This document shows, one piece after another, positions 54,457 to 63,112 of a DNA stretch of 64,000 nt. The stretch comes from a virus. Position numbers and translations under genes: made by a program. The stretch covers positions 1 through 64,000 of IMG/VR virus record IMGVR_UViG_3300033233_000009; one strand, written 5' to 3'. Every line of letters begins with the position of its first letter. Position 1 is the first letter of the stretch. Under the pieces are notes generated by a model, which worked only from the letters and a program-made list of their open reading frames with translations, did not search any database and had not been told where the DNA came from.

Positions 54457-55077
54457 ATGGCGGACCTGCTCGAAACCCTCGGCCGCGTCGTCCTGACCTT
54501 CCAGTCCGCTCCGCAGGGCGTGCCGGGCAGGATCTGGGACGAGCTGCGTCCGTGGTTCGGGCGGCTCGTGGTGAGCGCGGCGCCGAAGTGGCTACCGCGC
54601 CTGTCGTTCGGCTTCGCGTGCTCGGTGCCGCATCCGAACGGCGCGGCCTGTCCGCGGCCCGCCATCGCGGCCTGCGATGTGTGCGGCCAGCCCTGCTGCC
54701 TCGACCACGCGCGCATCGACCAGTACGGCGACGCGATCTGCTACCTCTGCTGCATCGAGGCGATCCGGCGGAAGCAGGCCGAGCGCGCCGGGGAGCCAGC
54801 GCCGGGGCACGGTCACGCCCAGGGGGGCCATGCCGGGCACGGGCATGGGCCGCAGCCGACCCCTGAAAAGGAGCTGGCCTGGGCCCGCAAGACGCTCGGC
54901 GTGAAGAAGGGCGCGGACTGGGAAGAAGTGCGCGCGGCGCACCGTAGACTCTCCGCGAAGTGGCACCCCGATCGCCATCAGGGCGCGGGCTACCAGGCAG
55001 CCGAGGACCGGTTCAAGCAGGTACAGAGAGCGTTCGACTTGCTCACGAAGGAACGTGAGCGAAAGGAAGCGGCGTGA
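54457..55077 (+). CDS. J-domain (DnaJ-like) protein with a Cys-rich Zn module
   Basis: LGV....WEEVRAAHRRLSAKWHPDR...FKQVQRAFDLL; CDVCGQPCCLDH...CYLC. Confidence 0.85.
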   Translation: MADLLETLGRVVLTFQSAPQGVPGRIWDELRPWFGRLVVSAAPKWLPRLSFGFACSVPHPNGAACPRPAIAACDVCGQPCCLDHARIDQYGDAICYLCCIEAIRRKQAERAGEPAPGHGHAQGGHAGHGHGPQPTPEKELAWARKTLGVKKGADWEEVRAAHRRLSAKWHPDRHQGAGYQAAEDRFKQVQRAFDLLTKERERKEAA

Positions 55078-55798
55078 TGGCGAAGCGAGCAACCAAGGCG
55101 AAGCGGGCCCCCGCTGACTTCGACGACGAGGACGCGGTGCTCAAGGAAGTTGCGAAAGACCTCGGCGAGGACGCCGACGATCTGAAGATCAAGGAGGACG
55201 GTGGCCTCGGGAGTTTCGGCGAGGGCACGGTCTACCGGATCAGCACGCCACGCGGCGGCCGCGAGTGGTGCGTCGTGCAGGACCACGACACCGCCTACAA
55301 GCTGGCCGTCGCAGTGGTCACTCAGGATCTGGAGAGCGAGCCGGAAATCTTCAACAAGGACTTTCTCGAATCGCACATCGACAAGATGAAGCTCGCTCGC
55401 GAGCTGGAATCGGACCTGCGCAGCATGGCCGAAGACGACGTGCGCGAATGGACGCGGACGACTTCTGGCGCGAGGCGGGGCGCGAGGGCATGGAGGTGCC
55501 GGAAGCCGAGGTGGACGAGGACGGCAACGAGGAGGATCTGCGCGACCCGACCGAGAACGAGCTGAGCGAGCTGGCCGAGAAGCGCGTCGAGGACCAGCTA
55601 CGCGATCCGATGCAGTACCTCTCCGACATTTACGGCGACAAGGAAGCGGTCGAGCAGGCGATCAAGATCGCGGGCATCGACGTGGACGCTGCCGCCGAGG
55701 ACGCCGTGGACACCGACGGCTGGGAGCACTTCCTGTCGCGCTACGACGGGCACAGCCACGAGACGGCGAGCGGGTTCGTCTACTGGCGGGAGAACTGA
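55077..55798 (+). pseudogene. Acidic hypothetical protein with an apparent 1-nt deletion at about 55447
   Basis: The frame ending ...AEDDVRE joins the frame starting MDADDFW if one A is inserted (GAATG to GAAATG); C-terminus DGWEHFLSRYDG. Confidence 0.65.
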
Positions 55799-55801
55799 GC
55801 C

Positions 55802-56581
55802 ATGGCCGCCCAGAAGTGGACGCTGAAGTTCCGTGAGCTTGCCGAGGGTGCATCGCTCGTCGAGGCGAAGCCACCCAAGAGCCGCCGAACGCTGAAGGGC
55901 GGCGAGAGTCCGCGCTACGTCCAGGCGTACGTCCAGGCCACCGGGATGCAGGAGCGCGCCCAGAAGCTGATGAGCTACAGCGGCGACGACGTGCAGTACA
56001 TGGAGGCCGTGATCGAGGAGGAGCACATGGCGAACGCTAAAAGCAAGACGAGCGACAAGCTCAACACGGACCAGATCGCCAAGCTGTTCGACCTCGACAC
56101 GTACGAGGATCTGAACGAGCGGAACATCGACTACATCGCCGAGCAGGGCCACTACGCCTACAAGGCCGCGATCGAGGACGGCGCCTCGGAGGAGGAAGCC
56201 GACGAAGCGAACATGAAGGGCCAGGAGGAGGCCGACGGCGAGCTGTTCCGTCAGTGGCACGACGGCGTGATGGCGGCCGCCGAGGATCTGTTCGGGAAGC
56301 ACGGGCTCACGCTGGTGCCGGTGGGCAAGCAGGGCAGCGCCGCCTACCCCTACGAGTACAAGGTCGTGCCCGAGGAGTCGTGGGACAAGGCCGTCGTCGC
56401 GATCATCGAGACGATCAACGGCGTTGGCGACTACCACTTCAGCAGCGTCCGTGAGTTTCTGGACTCCGGGCCGTACACGGCACGCTCGGGCGTGCTGGAG
56501 CACCTGGGCTACATCGCGAGCTACCCCGAGGTCTACGGGGACACGAGCGCGCGGCGCATCTACGAAGGTCACTTCCGCTGA
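55802..56581 (+). CDS. Acidic hypothetical protein
   Basis: 259 aa with strong GC3 codon bias. Confidence 0.75.
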   Translation: MAAQKWTLKFRELAEGASLVEAKPPKSRRTLKGGESPRYVQAYVQATGMQERAQKLMSYSGDDVQYMEAVIEEEHMANAKSKTSDKLNTDQIAKLFDLDTYEDLNERNIDYIAEQGHYAYKAAIEDGASEEEADEANMKGQEEADGELFRQWHDGVMAAAEDLFGKHGLTLVPVGKQGSAAYPYEYKVVPEESWDKAVVAIIETINGVGDYHFSSVREFLDSGPYTARSGVLEHLGYIASYPEVYGDTSARRIYEGHFR

Positions 56582-56604
56582 GAGGCGGGAAGGCAAGCAA
56601 CCCC

Positions 56605-57276
56605 ATGTCATACGATCGCGTGAACCCGACCTACTACCAGACGTTCCAGCAGGACACGCCCTTCCACGCCGGATCGGAGGGCTGGACGAGGTCGCCCTGG
56701 CCGACCTGGGGCGACAACCCGAACCTCGCGGGTCGGCGCACGCTCGCGACCGACGGGCTCGGTGGCTGCGGGTGCGCGGGAGCGTCCGGGCTCGGCACCG
56801 TCCTGGCAATCTCGGGGCTCGGCACCGTCGCGGTGACCAAGCCGGCGCCGTACTCCGCGCCCGCTCGGGCGACCATGGGCAACCCGGCGTCGGAGAACTG
56901 CGTCGCGAAGGGCGGCACGGTCCAGGTCGTCGAGACGCCAGCGGGGCAGAGCGGGATCTGCGTGTTGCCGAACGGCACCCGGTGCGAGGAGTGGGCGCTG
57001 TTCCGCGGCCAGTGCGGCCCGGCGGCGGCGAGCATGTTCCCTCCCATCCCCGAGCAGCCTGCCTGGAAGAAGGCGCTCAGCATGGCGGCGGGGGCCGCCT
57101 GCGCCTACCACGGCTTCAAGCGGAACGAGTCGGCAGGCTGGGCGGTCGCGTGGGCCGCGTTCGGCAGCACGATCCCCCTTCTGGCGCTCCCCATTGCGCT
57201 CGCGCAGGGCTTCGGGAAGCCGGCGCGGAAGCCCGCGATGGCAGCGAACAGGCGGCGCGGTCGCGCCCGGCGCTGA
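56605..57276 (+). CDS. DUF333-like domain membrane protein
   Basis: MGNPASENCVAKGG...GICVLPNGTRCEEWALFRG; GLG x3; tail MAANRRRGRARR. Confidence 0.8.
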   Translation: MSYDRVNPTYYQTFQQDTPFHAGSEGWTRSPWPTWGDNPNLAGRRTLATDGLGGCGCAGASGLGTVLAISGLGTVAVTKPAPYSAPARATMGNPASENCVAKGGTVQVVETPAGQSGICVLPNGTRCEEWALFRGQCGPAAASMFPPIPEQPAWKKALSMAAGAACAYHGFKRNESAGWAVAWAAFGSTIPLLALPIALAQGFGKPARKPAMAANRRRGRARR

Positions 57277-57282
57277 GCCCGA

Positions 57283-57320
57283 CCGGAAACTTGCCGGCCC
57301 CCGACCGGGGGGCGTAGCCT
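57283..57320 (+). promoter_or_regulatory. Recurrent viral promoter, leaderless
   Basis: CCGGAAAC-TTGCCG-18-TAGCCT, 6 nt to the ATG at 57327. Confidence 0.6.
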
Positions 57321-57326
57321 CGGGGC

Positions 57327-58490
57327 ATGGACTACTACCGCGTCGGCTACGCACAGTCCCCGCTCGTTCCCATGGGGATGGGCTCCTCGCCCGACGGCCT
57401 CGGCGCGTACTTCCAGACGACGTACCAGCAGCCGATCCGCGCGGTGCACGGCGGCACGAGCACGGTGGCGGCCTACCAGCCGATCGATGGGCTCGGCGCG
57501 TACTTCGCGACGACGTACCAGCAGCCGATCCGTCCGGCGCAAGGCGGCGCGAGCATCATCGCGGACTACAAGCCGATCGACGGGCTCGGGGAGCTGACGC
57601 CCGCCCAGCGCAGCGCAGTCGCCTGGGCCTCGCTCCTCGGCTTCGTCGGGTGGGGCAGCGGGCTCCTGGCGCGGGGCCCCGTCTACGCCCGCAAGCGCGG
57701 CCCGTGGGTACCGCTGGCCGGCGCGGCGGCCGGCGTGGCGGTGGGCTACGCGATCGGCACGCGGCGGGCTACCGCCCCGCCTGCGCCCACGGCTGGCCTT
57801 GGCGCGTGCCTCCCGTGCATGGCAGCGGCCGCGGGCCTCGGTGCGGATGCGGTGCCGGCGGCGACGCCCTCCGCACTCAGCAAGCCATGGGTCAAGGTCG
57901 CGCTCGGTGTCGGCGCCGTCACGCTCGCCTGGTACACCGTGCCGGCGTTCCGCAAGCTGTGGGGTCCCGGTGGCGCGCTCGCGAAGAACAAGCGGCACCG
58001 GCGGAACGCGCACACGGGCGGACCCGACGATCACGTTTACGCGCCAAGCGGGATGCGTGGCTGGGATGCCTGCGCGAGGTGCGGTTACGCCCGCGGACAG
58101 CACCTCACTGCTGCCGAGCTAAAGCGACTCCGCTCGCTCACGCCGAACCGCCGCCGCAGGCACCGGAAGAACGCGAAGTGGTCGGGCAAGGCGAAGCGGA
58201 GCCTGCCGGACACCAGCTTCCTCTACGTTGCGCCCGGCGGCCACGCGCGCATCGAGGGCGGCAAGAAGGTCACCATCCCGCGGAGCCTGCGGAAGTTCCC
58301 GTACCGCACGGCGGCGGGCAACATCGACCTGCCGCACCTGCGGAACGCCATCGCGCGCATCCCGCAGTCGAACCTGCCGGAGAGCCAGCGCACGCTGCTC
58401 CAGGCGAAGGCCCGCGCCATCCTCGCCGAGCACGGCGGGTACAAGCGCGCGCGCAAGGCGGCGGGCGGCGTGCTCCGACAGGCGGCGTGA
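57327..58490 (+). CDS. 3-TM protein with DGLGAYF repeats and a basic C-terminal domain
   Basis: DGLG x3; TMs; HRRN/HRKN motifs; the segment LPDTSF...RKFPY...IDLPHLRNAIARI is recalled from phage head-associated small domains. Confidence 0.8.
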   Translation: MDYYRVGYAQSPLVPMGMGSSPDGLGAYFQTTYQQPIRAVHGGTSTVAAYQPIDGLGAYFATTYQQPIRPAQGGASIIADYKPIDGLGELTPAQRSAVAWASLLGFVGWGSGLLARGPVYARKRGPWVPLAGAAAGVAVGYAIGTRRATAPPAPTAGLGACLPCMAAAAGLGADAVPAATPSALSKPWVKVALGVGAVTLAWYTVPAFRKLWGPGGALAKNKRHRRNAHTGGPDDHVYAPSGMRGWDACARCGYARGQHLTAAELKRLRSLTPNRRRRHRKNAKWSGKAKRSLPDTSFLYVAPGGHARIEGGKKVTIPRSLRKFPYRTAAGNIDLPHLRNAIARIPQSNLPESQRTLLQAKARAILAEHGGYKRARKAAGGVLRQAA

Positions 58491-58552
58491 TGGCCAGGAG
58501 ACGCCCGAAGCCCGAGAGGCCCGACTCGGATCAAACGCTGGCCAAGGCGTAA

Positions 58553-59359
58553 GTGTCCTACGCCGCCGCCCTGCCGCTCGCCCGCTCCCAGCGCCGCCCG
58601 CTCGGGGCTGGCGCAGGCGTAGGCGAGTTCTACCTCCGGCAGTGGCCGATCATGGTGGCGCCGCGGGTGCGGGCGTACCGGCTCGCGCGCGCGATGGCCG
58701 GCTCGCTCGGAGCGACGGTACTGGGCGGCACACGGATCCCCGACAAGCTGACGCCGCTGACGCCGGAGCAGGCCGCGCAGGCGCTGGCGACGGCGTACCA
58801 GCGCGTGACGGGCAAGGTGGCCGACCAGCGGGTGCTCGGGCTCCTGATCGGGCAGACCGCGCTCGAAACCGGCAACTGGAAGTCGCTGCACAACTACGGG
58901 TTCGGAAACGTCAAGGCCACGGCGAGCGACCCGTACTACGCCGGCTTCCGGTGCTGGGAAGTGGTGAACGGCGAGAAGGTCTGGTACGAAGCCGACCACC
59001 CGGCGTGTCAGTTCGCGGCGCACCTCACCGCGGCCGACGGCGCGGAGCACTATGTACGAATCCTTCAGCGCCGTCCCCACTGGTGGGCGGGCCTGGAGTC
59101 GCGCACGGTACCAGGGTTCGTCGCGGGGCTCACGACGCGCCCCGCCTACTTCACGGCCGACCCGGGCACGTACGAGCGGGTGCTCTCCGAGCGGATGGGG
59201 CAGTACGCCGACCAGGCCGTGAAGTACGCCGGGCAGGCGGTGGAGTTCGCGGGCAAGCACAAGGTCGCGGTGGGAGGCACGGTCGTGGGCGTGTTCGCCC
59301 TCACGTTCGGATCCTGGTATCTCTACAACGCGATGACCAGCAAGCGGAAGGCGGCCTGA
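58553..59359 (+). CDS. Glucosaminidase/FlgJ-like muramidase with a C-terminal TM
   Basis: GQTALETGNW..LHNYGFGNVK, F..H.T..DGA..Y, YFTADP.TY. Confidence 0.75.
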   Translation: MSYAAALPLARSQRRPLGAGAGVGEFYLRQWPIMVAPRVRAYRLARAMAGSLGATVLGGTRIPDKLTPLTPEQAAQALATAYQRVTGKVADQRVLGLLIGQTALETGNWKSLHNYGFGNVKATASDPYYAGFRCWEVVNGEKVWYEADHPACQFAAHLTAADGAEHYVRILQRRPHWWAGLESRTVPGFVAGLTTRPAYFTADPGTYERVLSERMGQYADQAVKYAGQAVEFAGKHKVAVGGTVVGVFALTFGSWYLYNAMTSKRKAA

Positions 59360-59484
59360 CCATGGCCAAGGCATTGAGTAAGGCGGCACGCGAGGTCGCG
59401 GCCGAGACACTCTGGACGAGGCAATCAAAATGCTGGCGCGTGCGCGAGGCGCTATGATGCACGCTCGCAGGAGACTGCGCTGAC

Positions 59485-60078
59485 GTGAAGCTCGACCCGA
59501 CCATCATCCTGCTCGGTGTCGGTGGCGCGCTCGTCGGCTACGGCGTCTACCACGCACTCGCGAAGCGCGGCACCGTGCCGGCGCCGCCGTGGGTCCAGCC
59601 GGATGGGAAGCCGGAAGTGACCGGGCCACCGCCGCCTGGCCTGCTGAAGTCCGAGCCGCTGATCCAGCAACTGCTCCCGAGCCTCCAGCCGATGGCGCGC
59701 GAGACGCTCCAGCGCGCGTTCAACATCGGCATCCCGCTCGTGGTGACGCAGGGCTACCGCAGCCCGGCGACGCAGGCGGCGCTCTACGCGCAGGGACGCA
59801 CCGCGCCGGGCGCGGTCGTGACCAACGCGCCGCCGGGGTGGTCGTGGCACGAGTACCGGCGCGCGTTCGACGTGGCCGTGCTGGACGCCCGCGGGAACCC
59901 GACCTGGCCAAACGACGTGGCGCTGTGGAGCCGCATCGGGCAGTGCGGGAAGGAGGCCGGCCTGGAGTGGGGAGGGGACTGGACGGGCATCATCGACCGG
60001 CCGCACTTCCAGCACACGGGCGGGATGACCATGGCGCAGGCCCGCGCGGGGCAGAGCCCCGCGTCGCTGGTGGCGTGA
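59485..60078 (+). CDS. M15-family L-Ala-D-Glu peptidase (CwlK-like endolysin) with an N-terminal TM
   Basis: QGYRS..Q..LYAQGRT.PG.VVTNA..G.SWH.Y..AFD, EWGGDW, DRPHFQ. Confidence 0.9.
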   Translation: MKLDPTIILLGVGGALVGYGVYHALAKRGTVPAPPWVQPDGKPEVTGPPPPGLLKSEPLIQQLLPSLQPMARETLQRAFNIGIPLVVTQGYRSPATQAALYAQGRTAPGAVVTNAPPGWSWHEYRRAFDVAVLDARGNPTWPNDVALWSRIGQCGKEAGLEWGGDWTGIIDRPHFQHTGGMTMAQARAGQSPASLVA

Positions 60079-60155
60079 GCGCTGGACGGCGGCTGCCGCG
60101 GAGGGGCCAGAGGCCCCTTGACCGGGGCGTGGCGGCGGTGCTACCACTGGCGCCA

Positions 60156-60755
60156 ATGGCAGACGACGACGTGCCGGCCAAGCCGGCGGCTTCCGAGCGC
60201 ATCCAGGCCCCCATGATCTTCGTGAAGGGCGGGACCACGACCGCCGCGCACGACGCCATGATGGCGAAGCAGCGCGCCGACACGGACCAGCGCCGCGCGA
60301 TTCAGGATGCGAAGTACGCTGCCACGCAGCGCGACCCCCTCGGGGCACGGATGCACAGCATGAAGCTCGGCGGGCAGGACGACCCGAAGATCGTGCTCGC
60401 GGTCAAGCACCCGAAGGACACGCTGTTCCTTGACTGGATCGTGTGCGAGATCATCCAGCACGGGCCCGACGAGCTGGTGCTCAACATGGCGTGTCCGAAG
60501 TGCCACGCGAAGAACCCTGGCCACGAACCGGACTTCAAGATCCATCAGAGCAACCGGAAGTGGTGGCTCGACCCGAACCCCCCGAAGTGGATGCGGGAGG
60601 TGGGGGCGGATCGGATCTGGCTGAACCCGCGGGACCAGAGCACGGTCGTGGTGGCGGGCAGCGTCACTACCGAGGACTGGATCCGGTGCCCCGGGCTCGG
60701 CTGCACATGGGTGTTCAAGATCGACGACTCGGTGGTTCACACCCGGGGGCCCTGA
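60156..60755 (+). CDS. Zn-binding hypothetical protein
   Basis: CPKC and CPGLGC motifs; TTGACC -35-like element upstream. Confidence 0.7.
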   Translation: MADDDVPAKPAASERIQAPMIFVKGGTTTAAHDAMMAKQRADTDQRRAIQDAKYAATQRDPLGARMHSMKLGGQDDPKIVLAVKHPKDTLFLDWIVCEIIQHGPDELVLNMACPKCHAKNPGHEPDFKIHQSNRKWWLDPNPPKWMREVGADRIWLNPRDQSTVVVAGSVTTEDWIRCPGLGCTWVFKIDDSVVHTRGP

Positions 60756-61135
60756 TGGCGGGCATCTTCGACCACGAGACCGAGCAGGCCACCGACGCGG
60801 CCGCGCAGGAAGCTGACAGCCAATCGGCGGACCTGATCCAGCAGGCGGTGCAGACGATGCAGGCCGTGCAGGCGAGCCTGCCGCGCGATCAGGGCATGGG
60901 CGTGTTCGCGTACGGCGCCCCGAGTGCGCCGGGCTGGCCGGCTGCGCCCCAGCCGTTCGTGCCGGCCACCCCCGTGCAGCCGATCCCAGTCCCATCGCTC
61001 TGGATGGACCCGCCGCCGCCGCACGCCGATGCGGAGTTCGCGGCGCTGGGCAAGATCCTGGACGCCCTGGCTGGCCTTCCGCCCGAGGCGCAGAAGCGGC
61101 TCGTGCGCTACCTCGCGTCGAGGTACGAGCCGTGA
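60755..61135 (+). CDS. Hypothetical protein
   Basis: TGATG coupling; MAGIFDHETEQ. Confidence 0.6.
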   Translation: MAGIFDHETEQATDAAAQEADSQSADLIQQAVQTMQAVQASLPRDQGMGVFAYGAPSAPGWPAAPQPFVPATPVQPIPVPSLWMDPPPPHADAEFAALGKILDALAGLPPEAQKRLVRYLASRYEP

Positions 61136-61259
61136 CGGCTTGTGCTACCTTGCTCTGCAAGGCGTGGCGGCTCAATGGGTCCCCCCCCTCCTGTTGCCTG
61201 TCGCGCCCAGCCTGTCCGTCGGGGAACCCCTGGCGGGCAGGCGCTTTGGGGGGAAGACG

Positions 61260-61502
61260 GTGAGCGCGCGGGAGCCGCCTGCGTGGCTGGAGGCGCTGGA
61301 CACCGTGTTCTTCGGCATCGACTGGGCGGTGCTACTCGCGACGGTGGCCTTCGTGGTGCACGCGCTCGGCTGGAAGTCGCTGCCGGTCGTGTTCCTGCCG
61401 CTGTTCTGCGCGTACTCGGTGGGCAAGCGGCTTGCGACCGACAAGTGGATGCGGGCGATGGACGCGAAGGTCGCCGAGCTGAAGAAGCGGGAGGAGCGGT
61501 GA
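61260..61502 (+). CDS. Small 2-TM membrane protein
   Basis: Two hydrophobic segments and a charged tail. Confidence 0.55.
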   Translation: MSAREPPAWLEALDTVFFGIDWAVLLATVAFVVHALGWKSLPVVFLPLFCAYSVGKRLATDKWMRAMDAKVAELKKREER

Positions 61503-61738
61503 TTGCGCGCAAGCGCAAGAAGGCGCCGCGAGCGCGCCTCGTGGTGAAGACGCCGGTGCGGTTCCGGGTGCACGCGATCATCAGCGAGAAGGTCGAGCAG
61601 GGTGTGCGCTACGGGTACAGCCGCGCGCACAAGCACACGAACACGCCGAACGCGGAGGCGTTCACCGAAGCCATCGAGCAGGCCGTCATGGACGCGCTGT
61701 CGGAGGTGATCGACTTCGAGCCGGAGTTCGACGAGTGA
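61499..61738 (+). CDS. Hypothetical protein
   Basis: GTGA overlap; VEQGVRYGYSRAHKHT. Confidence 0.65.
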   Translation: MIARKRKKAPRARLVVKTPVRFRVHAIISEKVEQGVRYGYSRAHKHTNTPNAEAFTEAIEQAVMDALSEVIDFEPEFDE

Positions 61739-61797
61739 AGACATCCGCGCGGCAGGCCCTTGCGTGCCCACCGAGCAGGTGTTATAGCGTCTGTACG

Positions 61798-62004
61798 ATG
61801 AAACAACGGTGGACGGCCGCGCGCGTACAGGCGGCCCGGAAGCGCCTGGCGCTGACGCAGGAGCAGTTTGCAGGGCTGCTCGGGGTCACGTTCGCGACGG
61901 TCAATCGCTGGGAAGCCGGCCACTCCTCGCCGAGGGGGCTGTCCGTGCGGGCGCTGGATGCGCTGGCGATGCCGGGCGACGCCGGCAGCGGGAAGGGGCG
62001 GTAG
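61798..62004 (+). CDS. Cro/CI (XRE) HTH regulator
   Basis: RKRLALTQEQFAGLLGVTFATVNRWEAG..P. Confidence 0.9.
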   Translation: MKQRWTAARVQAARKRLALTQEQFAGLLGVTFATVNRWEAGHSSPRGLSVRALDALAMPGDAGSGKGR

Positions 62005-62055
62005 GGGCAGTGCGGGCGACCCACGAGGCCGTGCAAGGGGCGCCGCCGAACTGAC

Positions 62056-62442
62056 ATGACGGACTTCGGAGGCATGGGCGGCGTGCAGGGCGGCCGACCG
62101 CGGAACCCGGACGACCCGTTCGAGGCGGCGGTGGAGCGGGCGCTCGGCGAGCGGCTGCGCAAGGAACATGTCGGAGTGCCGCGCCTCGGCTGGTACGAGG
62201 GCAGGGCCATCGGCAATCGCCTGTGGGGCTCGCTCGCGAACGTGGACTGGACGCACGAGAACGGCGACACGGCGAGCTACTCGTTGCGGGCGGCCGGCGA
62301 CCTGATCGCGGCCATCGTCGGCGAGGGCGACTACATGACCTACTACTGCTCCGCGGAGCACGGCGTCATCGACGAGGAGATCGCCGATGCGATGGCGCGC
62401 GAGGGCTGGACGGCGAGCGTGATGGAGGCGGAGGGAACATGA
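62056..62442 (+). CDS. Hypothetical protein
   Basis: LWGSLANVDW...SYSLRAAGDLIA...GDYMTYYCS. Confidence 0.7.
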   Translation: MTDFGGMGGVQGGRPRNPDDPFEAAVERALGERLRKEHVGVPRLGWYEGRAIGNRLWGSLANVDWTHENGDTASYSLRAAGDLIAAIVGEGDYMTYYCSAEHGVIDEEIADAMAREGWTASVMEAEGT

Positions 62443-62720
62443 GCGTCACGACGATCACTGGGCTGTTGCTCGCTGCCGCGTGGGGTTGGTTGGGCTACCG
62501 CCACGGGCGACGGAGCGGCATCCGGGCCGAGCGGCTGCGCGTGCTCTACGGCATGGACGTCGCCTTGAACCTCCTGTCGAGCCCGGCGCTCCACTACCTG
62601 AACGGCTGGATTCGCGGGGACATCGACGAGGACTATCTCCGCGCCGGGGTCCGCGACTACGCGAAGCGGAAGCAGGAGAAGCACGAGGCGGAGCGCAAGC
62701 AGTGGAGGGGGCCACTATGA
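62439..62720 (+). CDS. Small protein with an N-terminal TM
   Basis: ATGA coupling; MSVTTITGLLLAAAWGWLGY. Confidence 0.6.
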   Translation: MSVTTITGLLLAAAWGWLGYRHGRRSGIRAERLRVLYGMDVALNLLSSPALHYLNGWIRGDIDEDYLRAGVRDYAKRKQEKHEAERKQWRGPL

Positions 62721-63112
62721 GCCCGACTGCTGCCGCTGAGGCCGCGGAGCTACGCGCCGCCGAGCTAGCGCTCGGGAACCTGCCCGAGCGAGCGCTCACG
62801 CTGCTGTACCGCTCGCTCGTGCAGAACCGCCACCTGAGCCCGCTGGAGCACCCGGCCCGGCCGATGACCGAGTGGGAGCTGGACGCCTTCCGTCAGGTCG
62901 AGGCGGAGTTCTTCACGCCGGACGGCACGCGCACGCTGCGCGTTGCCCCGGCCTTCGTGGACGCGGTGAACGCCGGGAACGTCCCTGTGCGACTGACGGG
63001 CACGCCTCGGGATGTCTACTACTGCGGAAATTACAACGGCTGGGTCCAGCTACGGAAGCTGATCCCCGGCGAAGCGGTGTACGTGGACACGGAAAGAAAG
63101 GATCGAACATGA
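62717..63112 (+). CDS. Hypothetical protein
   Basis: ATGA coupling at both ends. Confidence 0.6.
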   Translation: MSPTAAAEAAELRAAELALGNLPERALTLLYRSLVQNRHLSPLEHPARPMTEWELDAFRQVEAEFFTPDGTRTLRVAPAFVDAVNAGNVPVRLTGTPRDVYYCGNYNGWVQLRKLIPGEAVYVDTERKDRT

